64,000 nt of DNA, taken from contig CAWCKH010000004.1 in assembly GCA_963796055.1 (NCBI GenBank), forward strand, positions 704,001-768,000, written 5' to 3'. A program made the translations under genes and the position numbers. Source of the stretch: an uncultured delta proteobacterium (lineage in GTDB: Bacteria > Myxococcota > Myxococcia > Myxococcales > Myxococcaceae). Of the stretch, positions 52,078 to 61,146 are shown in pieces; position 1 is the first letter of the stretch; each line of letters opens with the position of its first letter. Below the pieces are notes generated by a model. That model made no database searches, was not told the DNA's origin, and was given only the letters and a program-made list of their open reading frames with translations.

Positions 52078-52603
52078 CGGCTGCCCCCGCGACGATCTGA
52101 TCCGCGGCGCGTACGTCAGTCACGCACCATCTCGAGGTCGAGCCTCGGCTCGCGTCATCGGCTACTGGGCGTGCACGGGGATCGTCGCGTGGGAAATGAC
52201 CGGCCCGAAGCCTTCCCGGAGAACTGCCGATCTAGGTCCCGCCCACCTCAACCCTGGCTCCCTGGTAGCCCGAACCGCGCTCGGACCGATGGTGATCGTC
52301 GCCGTCGAGCAGCACTTCCTAGAGCGCTGCGTCCGTGCCGAACCACCACTGCCGCGCGAGGTTCAGGCCCGCGGCCTGCCGGACGAGCCCCCTGAGCGCA
52401 TCGCTGGTCTACGGAGAAGACGACGCAGCGTGGAAAAGGAGCAAACCAGCCCCGAGGGACTCCCGCGCACCGTCTCCGGTCCTGGATTTCCGGCAAGGCC
52501 AGACGGTCTTGTCCACCAGTGCTGCGCCTCGGCACGGCCCGCGCCCGTGGCCCCTCCCGGCGAGCGCGAGCGGGTCTGCCCCCGACCCGTCGGTGGCCGG
52601 GTG

Positions 52604-53476
52604 CTACTTCGGGCAGGGCGTGACGGTGGTCACGGTGATGCGCCGGTTCTTCCGACGGATCTCGTCCATCGCCTTGGCGCCCAGCTTCTTCGCCTCCGGG
52701 CTCCCCGGAGCCGGCTCGGGTACCGCATTGCCCTGCGTCCCGACCCCGCTGATGTTCCGGAACTTCTTCTCCTCCACGCCGGCCTTGGTGACCAGGTACC
52801 TCTTCACCGCCTTGGCGCGTTCGATGCTGAGGGTGAGGTTCTTCGCCTCCGAGCCCTCGTTGGAGGTGTGGCCGGTGAGGTCCACCACCAGCTCGGGGCA
52901 GGCCTTCATGTACGCGGTGAGCTTGGCCAGGGTGGCCTTGCTCGTCGGGCGATCGAACAGGAACTTCGCCGTGCCCGGCTTGAAGTCGAGGTCGGTGAAG
53001 TCGACCTCCACGGGCCTCGCCATCGCCTCGACGTGCTTGCGGTACTGGTCGACGAGGCCGGCCACGGTCTTGGCGGAGTCGGCAAGTCCGCTGGAGAGCT
53101 GGTCGAACCTGCTCTTGGTGTCGTCGATCACCTTCTGCGCGTTGACCACCTTCCCGGTCTTCACCGCCTCGTCCCAGCTCCCCTTGGAGGTCGCCACCAG
53201 AGAGTCGAGGGCCTCGATGCCCTGGCCGTAACCGGCGAGGGCCTGGTCCAGCTTCGCCTTCAACGCCTTTCCGGCGGCGTCACTGTCGGCGACCGGCGGG
53301 AGCCCCTTCACCACCCCCTGCACCGTCTGGTACTGCTTCTTGAGCTCGGCGATCTTCGCCGTCATGGTCTGCGAGAGCTGATTCCAGGCCGCGGTCACCG
53401 GCCCGAGATCCTCGCTGCAGGCCACCCCGGCGACGAGACACAGGCTCGCCGCTACCCAGGAGACGTTGCGCTTCAT
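52604..53476 (-). CDS. OmpA-family lipoprotein with N-terminal helical domain
   Basis: Lipobox GVAC; F.PG.A, GHTSNEG....NLTLSIERAKAV..YL, KNRRI. Confidence 0.85.
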   Translation of the reverse strand: MKRNVSWVAASLCLVAGVACSEDLGPVTAAWNQLSQTMTAKIAELKKQYQTVQGVVKGLPPVADSDAAGKALKAKLDQALAGYGQGIEALDSLVATSKGSWDEAVKTGKVVNAQKVIDDTKSRFDQLSSGLADSAKTVAGLVDQYRKHVEAMARPVEVDFTDLDFKPGTAKFLFDRPTSKATLAKLTAYMKACPELVVDLTGHTSNEGSEAKNLTLSIERAKAVKRYLVTKAGVEEKKFRNISGVGTQGNAVPEPAPGSPEAKKLGAKAMDEIRRKNRRITVTTVTPCPK

Positions 53477-53670
53477 CGGTTCAACCCCCTTCGCGCGCTG
53501 CGCGTCGCAGCGCGCCTTCAACGCGAGCGGGACCGCCAGTCAAGGCAAGAACGTCTGCCCTGTCCCTTCGGACAATCTCCCAGATCCGGGGCGCGGGCCG
53601 AGGCGGCGCAACGGCCCGCCTCGTCTGGAGGCAGGTCAGTTGCAGGTCGAGGAGAGATGTCGGTGAGGAC

Positions 53671-55167
53671 TCAGCCGCGGAGCCCGGGAATCTCGCCCGA
53701 GACTTCGCCGAGCGTGTTCCCGGAGTAGCCAGCGGCGCGCATCGCGGTGAGCAGCACCTGGGCGGGGTGCGCTCCCGTCGTCTTGAGATGCTGACCCGTC
53801 TTGAGCCCGCCGACCTTCCCCGCGACCAGGCAGGCCATGTTCTCGGTGCTGTGCGAGCTCCAGACCTTCCCGCTGCCGGGGTCGAAGCCGTGACCCCCCT
53901 CGAGCAGGAACACCATGGCGGTGTTGTCCATCATCGTACCGCCCGGCTCCGGGGTGGAGGCGAACTTCGAGACCAGCGAGGCGAAGTGCTTCACGTGCCA
54001 CGCCTGGCCCTTTGCCATCTGGGCGGTGGTGTCGTGTCCAGCGCCGAAGTGGCCCACCTCGTGGAGGTCACACCCCTGACTGGTCAGCGCGTACATGTTC
54101 ATGTGCGACTGGAACATGGTGAGCTGCAGCGACGCCACCCGGGTGAGGTCGCAGACCATCGCCATGTGGATGAGCCCGACGAACGTCTTGGCCCGGTCCT
54201 CCTCGTTGCTGTAGCCGAGGTTCTGGTCGTAGGTGGTGTTCCCGCTCCCGTCGACGCCCTGGTTGCCGCCCAGCGCGGGGTCCGGACCCGGGTCGGCGGG
54301 CTTGAGGCAGGTGCTGGTCTGGGGCGGTGGCGTCGCGGCCACCCGGACCTCCAGGTCGCGGATCTCGTCGAAGTGACGCTGGAGCCGTTGCTGGTCCGCC
54401 CGGCCGAGCTGAGGGAGGAGACGCGCGGTGCGCTGGTGCACCACGTCGAGCACGCTCCGGCGGGTTCGAAGCTGGAAGTCCATCGCCGCGGCCGTGGCCG
54501 GATCCACCCCGGGCGGCACGAAGTTCCCGAAGAGCTGGGTGAACGCCTGCCGCGGACTCACCTCGGCAGGGACGGGGACCACGTTCCCCGAGGAGTCCGT
54601 CTTGTAGGAGATGAGGTCGCGCCCGTACGGCGCCGAGACCGACAGGTACCAGGCCGCCTGCACCCGGTAGACCAGCGACTTGAACGTGTTGCCGGCGCCG
54701 ATCTGCGCCGCCATCAGCTGGTCCGAGGTGGGCCCGTAGACCCTCCCGTTCGAGGACGGTGACCGGACGCCACTGAGCAAGGGGCTGGCCGAGCTGACGT
54801 GGAAGTCATCGGCCCGTCCGCCCGCCGGGGGAGTCCCCCCGTTCTCGGCGGCGGTGGGGATGCGCATGCCCGAGACCACCGTCACCCAGGGCTGAACCCC
54901 GGCTGCTCCGAGGGGAGCCAGCGCGGTCTTGAGATCGTAGCTCGGGCCCACGGTGTCGGGAATGAACTGGCTCAACAGAGTGTCGTCGTCACCGCCCAGC
55001 GACTGACCGTCGAACACCACCAGGTAACGCTTGGGCGCAGCCGCGGTCTGTGCGCCGGCGCGACGAGCGTCGAGCATGCACTCGAGGAGCGGCAGGCCCA
55101 CGGCCACGCCGCCCGCGCCGCGGAGGAGGGTGCGTCTGGAGAGCCGGAGGGGCTTCTTCACGGACAC
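53671..55167 (-). CDS. DUF1552-domain protein
   Basis: LSRRTLLRGAGGVAVGLPLLECM, SVLD, LQRHFDEIRDLE, AMVCDLTRVAS. Confidence 0.88.
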   Translation of the reverse strand: MSVKKPLRLSRRTLLRGAGGVAVGLPLLECMLDARRAGAQTAAAPKRYLVVFDGQSLGGDDDTLLSQFIPDTVGPSYDLKTALAPLGAAGVQPWVTVVSGMRIPTAAENGGTPPAGGRADDFHVSSASPLLSGVRSPSSNGRVYGPTSDQLMAAQIGAGNTFKSLVYRVQAAWYLSVSAPYGRDLISYKTDSSGNVVPVPAEVSPRQAFTQLFGNFVPPGVDPATAAAMDFQLRTRRSVLDVVHQRTARLLPQLGRADQQRLQRHFDEIRDLEVRVAATPPPQTSTCLKPADPGPDPALGGNQGVDGSGNTTYDQNLGYSNEEDRAKTFVGLIHMAMVCDLTRVASLQLTMFQSHMNMYALTSQGCDLHEVGHFGAGHDTTAQMAKGQAWHVKHFASLVSKFASTPEPGGTMMDNTAMVFLLEGGHGFDPGSGKVWSSHSTENMACLVAGKVGGLKTGQHLKTTGAHPAQVLLTAMRAAGYSGNTLGEVSGEIPGLRG

Positions 55168-55171
55168 GGCG

Positions 55172-56782
55172 CTATTCCTCTCGACGGTAGGCGAAGCGGT
55201 CGTCGGACACGACGTCCAGCAGCAGCTGGTCGAACCGCCGCTGTCCGTCGTGGAAGGACCGGGTGAGCTGGGAGATGAGATCGCCGTCGTCGGCGGTCTC
55301 GTTCCGTCCCATGGCGAAGCGGAAGAGCTGGGTGGTGATGCAGCTCTCGAACCCGGGCGACTGGACCAGGAGGTCCGCCAGCCCGGCGGGCCCGTTGAAG
55401 CTCCCCACCCCGTCGAGCACGCCGTTGCCGCTGATCAGGCAGCTGGGCTCGCCGATGTCGTGGGTCCGGAACGCTCCGGCCGTGTCGTACGCCTCGAGAC
55501 CGAACCCCACCGGGTCGAGCCGCTTGTGGCAGGTGTTGCAGTTGCCGTTCGCCGAGTGGGCCGAGTACCGATCCACCTTGCAGTTGCTGGTGGGTGAGGT
55601 CGGCTTCTGGTCCACGTCGACGTTGGGGGGCGGCGGCTGGATGGTCTCGCAGAGCAGGCGGCTGCGGATGAAGATGCCGCGCTGGGTGGGGCTGGTGTCC
55701 CCGAACTTGGCTCCGGCCGAGAGCACCGCGCCCTGCGAGAGGATGCCCTTGCGCCCGGTGCCGGCGTACGAGACCCAGGCGTATCCGTTCGCGGGAGGAG
55801 TGACCGGGAGTCCGTAGTTCGTCACCAGCTGCGCGTTGACGTAGGTCTGGCTGGAGGTGAAGAGCTGGAAGTAGTCGGCCCGATCCTCGAACACGACCTT
55901 CTGGATGAGCGCCCCCGTCTCGGTGCGGAAGGCATTGGTGAGGTCCACCGGGTGCGGGAGCTGGTGGAACCCGAGCCAGAGCGCGTGGAACCGATCCACC
56001 CGTTCCCGGGCGCGGGCGTCGGCGAGGAGACGGACGGCCGCGGCCCGGATCTGCTCCTTGCTCTGCAGCTGCCCGGCGGCGGCGGCATCGAGCAGCCAGT
56101 CCGGGGGCGTGCTCCCCCAGAGGAAGTAGCTCAGCCTGGTCGCCACCTCGAACGCGGACAGCCGGAACGTTCCGGCCGGACCGGCGGCCGGGGTGCCCCG
56201 CTCGATCCGGTAGAGGAACTCGGGGTCCTGGAGCATCGCCTGGACCACCAGGCCGACCGCGATCTTGAAGTCGTTCTTCTCCACCGCGAACGACTGCAGC
56301 GAGGCGTACTCGGCGACCTCGGCATCGCTGAGCGGACGCCGGAGCGCACGCCTACCAAAGGATTCAATGAACCGCTTCAGGCAGGCCGCATCGCCCGCTC
56401 CGGTGGGCGTGCAGGGGAGAACCGACTGCAGACGCTGCGGATCGCCGATCAGCCGCTGCGCCACGTCGGTGGCGACCTGCTCCGCCGCATTGATGAGCGA
56501 TTGCGAGGCGAGCTGGGTGAGATAGTTGTTGTCGAAGGGATCGTGCGCGTCCTCGGGCAGGAGGCCGAAGCCTTCGCCGGAGGTGTCGCCCACCAGGTCC
56601 CGGAGGGTGTTGTCGTACTCGTCGCGGGAGAGCCGGTGCGCCCCGGTGGGCCCCATCTTCAGTGAAGTGGCCGAAGCCGTGCCGCCGCCAGGCCCGCCTC
56701 CGGCGCCGACGATCTTCCCCTCACACCCGACGAGCAGGGTGAGAGCAGCAACCACCCAGCGTCGACCGCGCACCCCGTGCAT
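55172..56782 (-). CDS. DUF1587/1595/1592/1588/1585-type lipoprotein with CxxCH
   Basis: Lipobox LVGC; RLSRDEYDNTLRDL, RLSYFLW..PP..LL, TSPTQRG..IR..LLC, CNTCH..DPVGFGLE. Confidence 0.88.
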   Translation of the reverse strand: MHGVRGRRWVVAALTLLVGCEGKIVGAGGGPGGGTASATSLKMGPTGAHRLSRDEYDNTLRDLVGDTSGEGFGLLPEDAHDPFDNNYLTQLASQSLINAAEQVATDVAQRLIGDPQRLQSVLPCTPTGAGDAACLKRFIESFGRRALRRPLSDAEVAEYASLQSFAVEKNDFKIAVGLVVQAMLQDPEFLYRIERGTPAAGPAGTFRLSAFEVATRLSYFLWGSTPPDWLLDAAAAGQLQSKEQIRAAAVRLLADARARERVDRFHALWLGFHQLPHPVDLTNAFRTETGALIQKVVFEDRADYFQLFTSSQTYVNAQLVTNYGLPVTPPANGYAWVSYAGTGRKGILSQGAVLSAGAKFGDTSPTQRGIFIRSRLLCETIQPPPPNVDVDQKPTSPTSNCKVDRYSAHSANGNCNTCHKRLDPVGFGLEAYDTAGAFRTHDIGEPSCLISGNGVLDGVGSFNGPAGLADLLVQSPGFESCITTQLFRFAMGRNETADDGDLISQLTRSFHDGQRRFDQLLLDVVSDDRFAYRREE

Positions 56783-56903
56783 GCGCGCGAACGGTCTTCA
56801 ATTCCCGGACCACCCGGTTTCTCTGGTGTTCTCGGAGGAGCGAGCGCGGGTGCGCACCCCGGCGATGGGGACTGCACCCGACACTCGCGGGGTGCTGACC
56901 CCC

Positions 56904-57254
56904 TCAGGGATCGACGACCAGCGTGCCGGTCATGTCCTCGTGCCCGTCGCCGCAGAACACGTCGCAGGCAAAGGGGAACTTCCCGGCCTTCTCCGCGGTC
57001 ACCTCGACCCGGGCGGTTCCACCGGGAGGAACGTCGGCGCGGATGCCCAGCTCGGGGAGCTTGAACCCGTGCCTCCGGTCCAGCGAGGTGAGCTCGAGCA
57101 CCACGTGCTCGCCCCGCTTGAGGTGGACCTCCGACGGCGAATACTCGAACTTCTTGGCGGTGATCTTGATCACCCGTGGGGCAGGCGCCTCGCCCGCCGC
57201 GGAGCCGAGCACCACCAGCAACCCCAGGGGCAGGGCGGTGAACGCCCCCCTCAC
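56904..57254 (-). CDS. cupredoxin-domain protein with CuA-type ligands
   Basis: Signal peptide; D..HGF ... CDVFCGDGHEDM; GTGA-coupled to the upstream gene. Confidence 0.88.
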   Translation of the reverse strand: MRGAFTALPLGLLVVLGSAAGEAPAPRVIKITAKKFEYSPSEVHLKRGEHVVLELTSLDRRHGFKLPELGIRADVPPGGTARVEVTAEKAGKFPFACDVFCGDGHEDMTGTLVVDP

Positions 57255-58147
57255 ACCCGGCCTCCGCGCACGTCGTACTCCTCGAGGGTGAGTGCCCGGC
57301 CGCGGTCCTTGACCTCGACCTCGCGGAAGCCGAGTCCCTTGGCAGGGTGCTGCGGATCCCAGGCCACGGGGGCCTTCTTCGGCACGCTTCCCGGCGCGGG
57401 GAGAGGGAAGATCAACGACTTCGCCGAGTGATGGGCGATGTTTCCCGTGGTCCGGTGGTTCTCCTGATGGATGTGGCCGTAGAAGACCGTCAGGTGCCGG
57501 TACGGCTCGAGCGCCGAGAGCACCTTGGCGCTGTCGGCGGTGGCCCAGTCCCACTGGGGGTAGAGGTCGAAGAGAGGCCGGTGGGCGAGCACGACAATCG
57601 GCGCGTCCTTGTCGAGCTTCCCCAGCTCCGACTTCAGCCAGTCGATCTGGGTGTCGCCCACCGCCCCGGTGGGGTCTGACACGTTGTCCAGAGCGATGAA
57701 GTGCACGCCCTTGTGAACAAAGCTCTGGTGCAGGACTCCGAAGTGCTCCTGGTAGGCCTGCCCCTTGTCGAGGGAAGCGTCGTGCTCCCCCGGAAGGAAA
57801 TAGACCTTGGGGACCCGGAGCTCGGCGACGATGGCCTTGAACTCGGCCATCCGCTTCCGGCGAAGTGCGTCGTCATCCGTGGTGTGGGTCAGGTCGCCGG
57901 TGAAGACCACGAAATCGGGCTTCTCCCTGGAGGCGTTGACCGCCGCCACTGCCTCCTTGAGGGTGCGGTCCGCTTCTGGATTCGGGGGTCCGCTGAAGCC
58001 CCAGTGCGAGTCGGAGAGCTGCAGGAACATGAAGTCCTGCGCTGGCTGGCCCTTGCTGGCCGCGAGGGAGAACCCCGGAAGTCCTGATCCGAGGACGACT
58101 CCGCCCAGGCCGAGCAGCTTCATCAGCTCCCGTCGATCGAATTGCAT
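57251..58147 (-). CDS. Tat-exported calcineurin-like metallophosphoesterase
   Basis: DRRELMK Tat signal; SDSH, TGDL, PGEHD, AHRP, GHIH. Confidence 0.9.
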   Translation of the reverse strand: MQFDRRELMKLLGLGGVVLGSGLPGFSLAASKGQPAQDFMFLQLSDSHWGFSGPPNPEADRTLKEAVAAVNASREKPDFVVFTGDLTHTTDDDALRRKRMAEFKAIVAELRVPKVYFLPGEHDASLDKGQAYQEHFGVLHQSFVHKGVHFIALDNVSDPTGAVGDTQIDWLKSELGKLDKDAPIVVLAHRPLFDLYPQWDWATADSAKVLSALEPYRHLTVFYGHIHQENHRTTGNIAHHSAKSLIFPLPAPGSVPKKAPVAWDPQHPAKGLGFREVEVKDRGRALTLEEYDVRGGRV

Positions 58148-58185
58148 CTCTTGCTCCTCTTGCGGTGGAAACCCATGTGCCCCCC

Positions 58186-58251
58186 AGACTCCGGGTGGGG
58201 GGCCGGCTATTCCATCGGGGCCGATGGAATGGATTTCCGGCTCGCAGAGTC
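58186..58251. promoter_or_regulatory. putative back-to-back ECF sigma promoters
   Basis: Perfect inverted repeat ATTCCATCGG-GG-CCGATGGAAT (58209-58230); GGAAT-N16-GAGTC on the + strand and GGAAT-N17-GAGTC on the - strand. Confidence 0.6.
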
Positions 58252-58260
58252 CTGGCGATC

Positions 58261-58779
58261 GTGGACGACGATTCTCGAGAGTTCGAGCGGTTCGCCCGGC
58301 CCCACGCCGCCGCGGCACTCCGCCTGGCGCGGACGCTGGTCCGCAACGAGGCCGATGCCCAGGACGTGCTCCAGGACTCGTTCCTCCGGGCCCTCCGCCA
58401 TTTCCGTGGCTTCTCCGGGGACAGCCCGCGGGCCTGGCTCCTGTCCATCGTCCGCAACGTCAGCTTCACCCTGTGGAGGAAGCGCGAGCGGGACGACGTG
58501 GGTGAGGTCGAGCCGGCGCTGGAGGCCGAGCCGGACCCGGGCCCCTCGCCCGAGGCGAGGCTGCTGGAGGCGTGCGACGCCGAGCAAGTCCATGCGGCGC
58601 TGGACCGGCTGCCGGGCCTCCACAGAGAGGTGCTGGTGCTGAGAGAGATGGAGGAGTGCAGCTACCGGGAGATCGCCGACATCCTCGGCGTGCCAATCGG
58701 GACGGTGATGTCGAGGCTGTCGCGCGCTCGTGCGCAGCTGGTGAAGGAGCTGGTGGGCGACCCGAGGAGCAAGAACTGA
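58261..58779 (+). CDS. ECF RNA polymerase sigma factor
   Basis: DAQDVLQD.FLRA, AWLLSIVRN, SYREIADILGVPIGTVMSRLSRAR. Confidence 0.93.
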   Translation: MDDDSREFERFARPHAAAALRLARTLVRNEADAQDVLQDSFLRALRHFRGFSGDSPRAWLLSIVRNVSFTLWRKRERDDVGEVEPALEAEPDPGPSPEARLLEACDAEQVHAALDRLPGLHREVLVLREMEECSYREIADILGVPIGTVMSRLSRARAQLVKELVGDPRSKN

Positions 58780-59501
58780 TGAGTCCCTTCGACGAACATC
58801 CGCGTGGCGCGCTTCACGCTTACCTCGACGGGGAGCTCTCGCTGGAGGGCTCGCTGGAGGTGGAGCACCACCTCGAGGAGTGCGACGCCTGCCGCCGCGA
58901 GCTGGAGACCTTCCGGGCGCTCCGGCGGTTGCTCCAGTCGGCGAAGCGCGCGGCGCCCGAGGCAGAGTCGGCCCTGGTCAAGGTGACCCGCCGCGTCCAG
59001 GTGCGACGGCGGCGAGTCTTCGCTGCCGGCGGGTTCGCGGCCATGGCGGCCGCGGCGGTGCTGGCGCTGGTGCTGTTGCCCGGCCAGAACCTTGGCATGG
59101 CGAACGAGGTCGCGGCGGTGCACGCCCGGGCGCTGGACGCCGGCCGGACGGTGGAGCTCTCCTCGAACGACCCCGCGGCCATCGAGCGCTGGCTCTCCAG
59201 CCGGCTCCCCCAGGCCGTCCCGCCGACGGCCGGAGGGGACGGGTTCGCGCTGCGCGGGGCGCGCGTCGACTCGCTCGAGGGCCGGCAGGTGGCGGCGGTG
59301 GTGTACCAGGTGCGAAGCCATCTGGTGGACGTGTTCGCCTGGCCCTCGGCAGAGCGCGACATGGAGCCCCGCCCCCTGGTGGCAGGACGGTGGACGGTCT
59401 GCCGCTGGGCGCACCGGGGGGTGGCGTACTGGATGGTCTCCGACGCCGGAACCGAGGACCTCAAGGCGCTCGCCGCGCTGATCAAGGAACAGCGCACGTG
59501 A
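58779..59501 (+). CDS. zinc-finger (ZAS) membrane anti-sigma factor
   Basis: HAYLDGEL..HLEECDAC (HxxxCxxC), a TM helix, periplasmic L.GARV domain; TGATG-coupled to the sigma gene. Confidence 0.9.
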   Translation: MSPFDEHPRGALHAYLDGELSLEGSLEVEHHLEECDACRRELETFRALRRLLQSAKRAAPEAESALVKVTRRVQVRRRRVFAAGGFAAMAAAAVLALVLLPGQNLGMANEVAAVHARALDAGRTVELSSNDPAAIERWLSSRLPQAVPPTAGGDGFALRGARVDSLEGRQVAAVVYQVRSHLVDVFAWPSAERDMEPRPLVAGRWTVCRWAHRGVAYWMVSDAGTEDLKALAALIKEQRT

Positions 59502-60010
59502 CCGGACGGCGGCTCGGGCTGCGCCTGCTGCTCTTCGGAGTGGGCGCAGCAGGGCTCGCCTGGGCCGCGGTGGCCCTCGGGGCGGTGAACCCGTCGGCCA
59601 CCACCCGGCCCTCGAAGCTCGAAAAGGCCGTGGCCCGCCTGGCGCTCGATGCCGCGGTGCGGGCCCGCGCTCCCCGCGGAAAGACGGCCCCGTCGGACGC
59701 GTCCAGCGTGGAGCGGGGACGCGAGGCCTACCGCGCCCATTGCCTGGTCTGCCACGGCGTCCCCGGCGGGGAGCAGTCGAGCATCGCCGCGGGCCTGAAC
59801 CCGCCAGTGCCCGACCTGGCCGAGCCCGAGACCCAGGCGCGCACCGACGGTGAGATCTACTTCCTCGTCTCCGGCGGCGTGCGGCTCACCGGGATGCCGG
59901 GCTTCGAGCGCTCGCTTCCGGAGAAGCTTCGCTGGGACGTGGTGGCCTTTCTCCGGGCGCTGCCGAAGCTCGGCGACCCGGAGCTGAAGGCCCTGTCCGA
60001 GCGAGGCTGA
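59498..60010 (+). CDS. c-type cytochrome
   Basis: N-terminal hydrophobic anchor; CLVCH; TDGEIY..G...TGMP.F. Confidence 0.9.
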   Translation: MTGRRLGLRLLLFGVGAAGLAWAAVALGAVNPSATTRPSKLEKAVARLALDAAVRARAPRGKTAPSDASSVERGREAYRAHCLVCHGVPGGEQSSIAAGLNPPVPDLAEPETQARTDGEIYFLVSGGVRLTGMPGFERSLPEKLRWDVVAFLRALPKLGDPELKALSERG

Positions 60011-60046
60011 CCGGCGCGCGCCGTCCCGCTCGCCCCCACGGCGGTG

Positions 60047-61096
60047 TCAGGCCGCGCGCGCGTCCTCGATAGCCCTGGTGATGATGGCGTCGGTGAACGC
60101 TGCGTCGGCCGGGCGCGACTCGCTGACCACTGCCGCGCTGCCGCGGACGCGGCGGCTGTAGAGGCTGAGCGAGGGGTCGAGCAGGAAGCGGAACAGGAGC
60201 GCCGTCCACGAGCGGTGGTGGACCAGCCCGTCGTAGAACTCGGGGGCCATGGCCTTCAGCCGCGGCAGCCGCGACCAGGGCACCATCATCAGGTCGTGGT
60301 GCTCGTTGTGGTACCCGACGTTGAACGCCAGCAGGTTCAGGCGGCCGTAATAGGAGAAGGTCTCCTGCCCGGCCGTGCCGCTGGTGAGGTAGTGCTCCTG
60401 GATCCACCGCGCGCCCACCGGGTGGAGCCCGATGGCGAAGATGCTGGAGAGCGTGAGGTAGAGCACTGCCTTCCAGCCCGCCACCGCCCAGAGCGCGGCG
60501 ATGAAGCCGAGCTGCACCGCCACGTTCGCCAGGTACCAGCGATCCAGCATCCGCACTCGCCTCAGCCGCGGCACCCGCAGGCTCTGCCAGGCGAAGAAGG
60601 TGAGCAGCCAGAGCGCCTTTCCCAGCGTGCTGTTGCCCACCAGGCGCGCCTCGAGCGGGGAGGCCAGGTCCGCGTCCAGCTCCGGGTCACCCTGGAAGCG
60701 GTGGTGGAGCAGGTGGAACTTCCGGAAGGAGATGGCCGCCGGGAAGATGATGGGGAGGTTGGCGAGGATCTGCAGCCAGGCGTTCCAGCGCGTCTTGCGG
60801 AACACCAGATTGTGGGTGCAGTCGTGGATCAGCGTCCACAGCGCGTGGTCCGCCAGCGCGCCGACCAGGTACGCGGCCGGCAACAGGACCCACCACGGCT
60901 GTCCGCGCACGAGCCAGGCGATGGCGACCTGGAAGGCGACGATGGCCACCACCCAGAAAGCGGTGCTGCGGTCACGCCCGAACAGCGAGCGCACCTCGGG
61001 GTGCGCGGCCAGGAGCTCCCGGGTCCGCGCGAGGTGCGGCTCCGGGTAGTCCACCACGTCCCAGGCGAGTGCCGGCCCCGACATGAGCCGGCTCAT
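60047..61096 (-). CDS. membrane fatty-acid desaturase, sphingolipid delta-4 desaturase (DES/DEGS)-like
   Basis: EPHLARTRELLAAHPEV..L.G N-terminus; His boxes HDCTH, HLLHH, HNEHH; GLHPVGARWIQEH, ETFSYYG.LN..FNVGY. Confidence 0.88.
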   Translation of the reverse strand: MSRLMSGPALAWDVVDYPEPHLARTRELLAAHPEVRSLFGRDRSTAFWVVAIVAFQVAIAWLVRGQPWWVLLPAAYLVGALADHALWTLIHDCTHNLVFRKTRWNAWLQILANLPIIFPAAISFRKFHLLHHRFQGDPELDADLASPLEARLVGNSTLGKALWLLTFFAWQSLRVPRLRRVRMLDRWYLANVAVQLGFIAALWAVAGWKAVLYLTLSSIFAIGLHPVGARWIQEHYLTSGTAGQETFSYYGRLNLLAFNVGYHNEHHDLMMVPWSRLPRLKAMAPEFYDGLVHHRSWTALLFRFLLDPSLSLYSRRVRGSAAVVSESRPADAAFTDAIITRAIEDARAA

Positions 61097-61146
61097 ACCA
61101 CGTCGGCCCGGGCGCGGCTGCCGGCCGGCCGACCCCGAGCCCTCCG

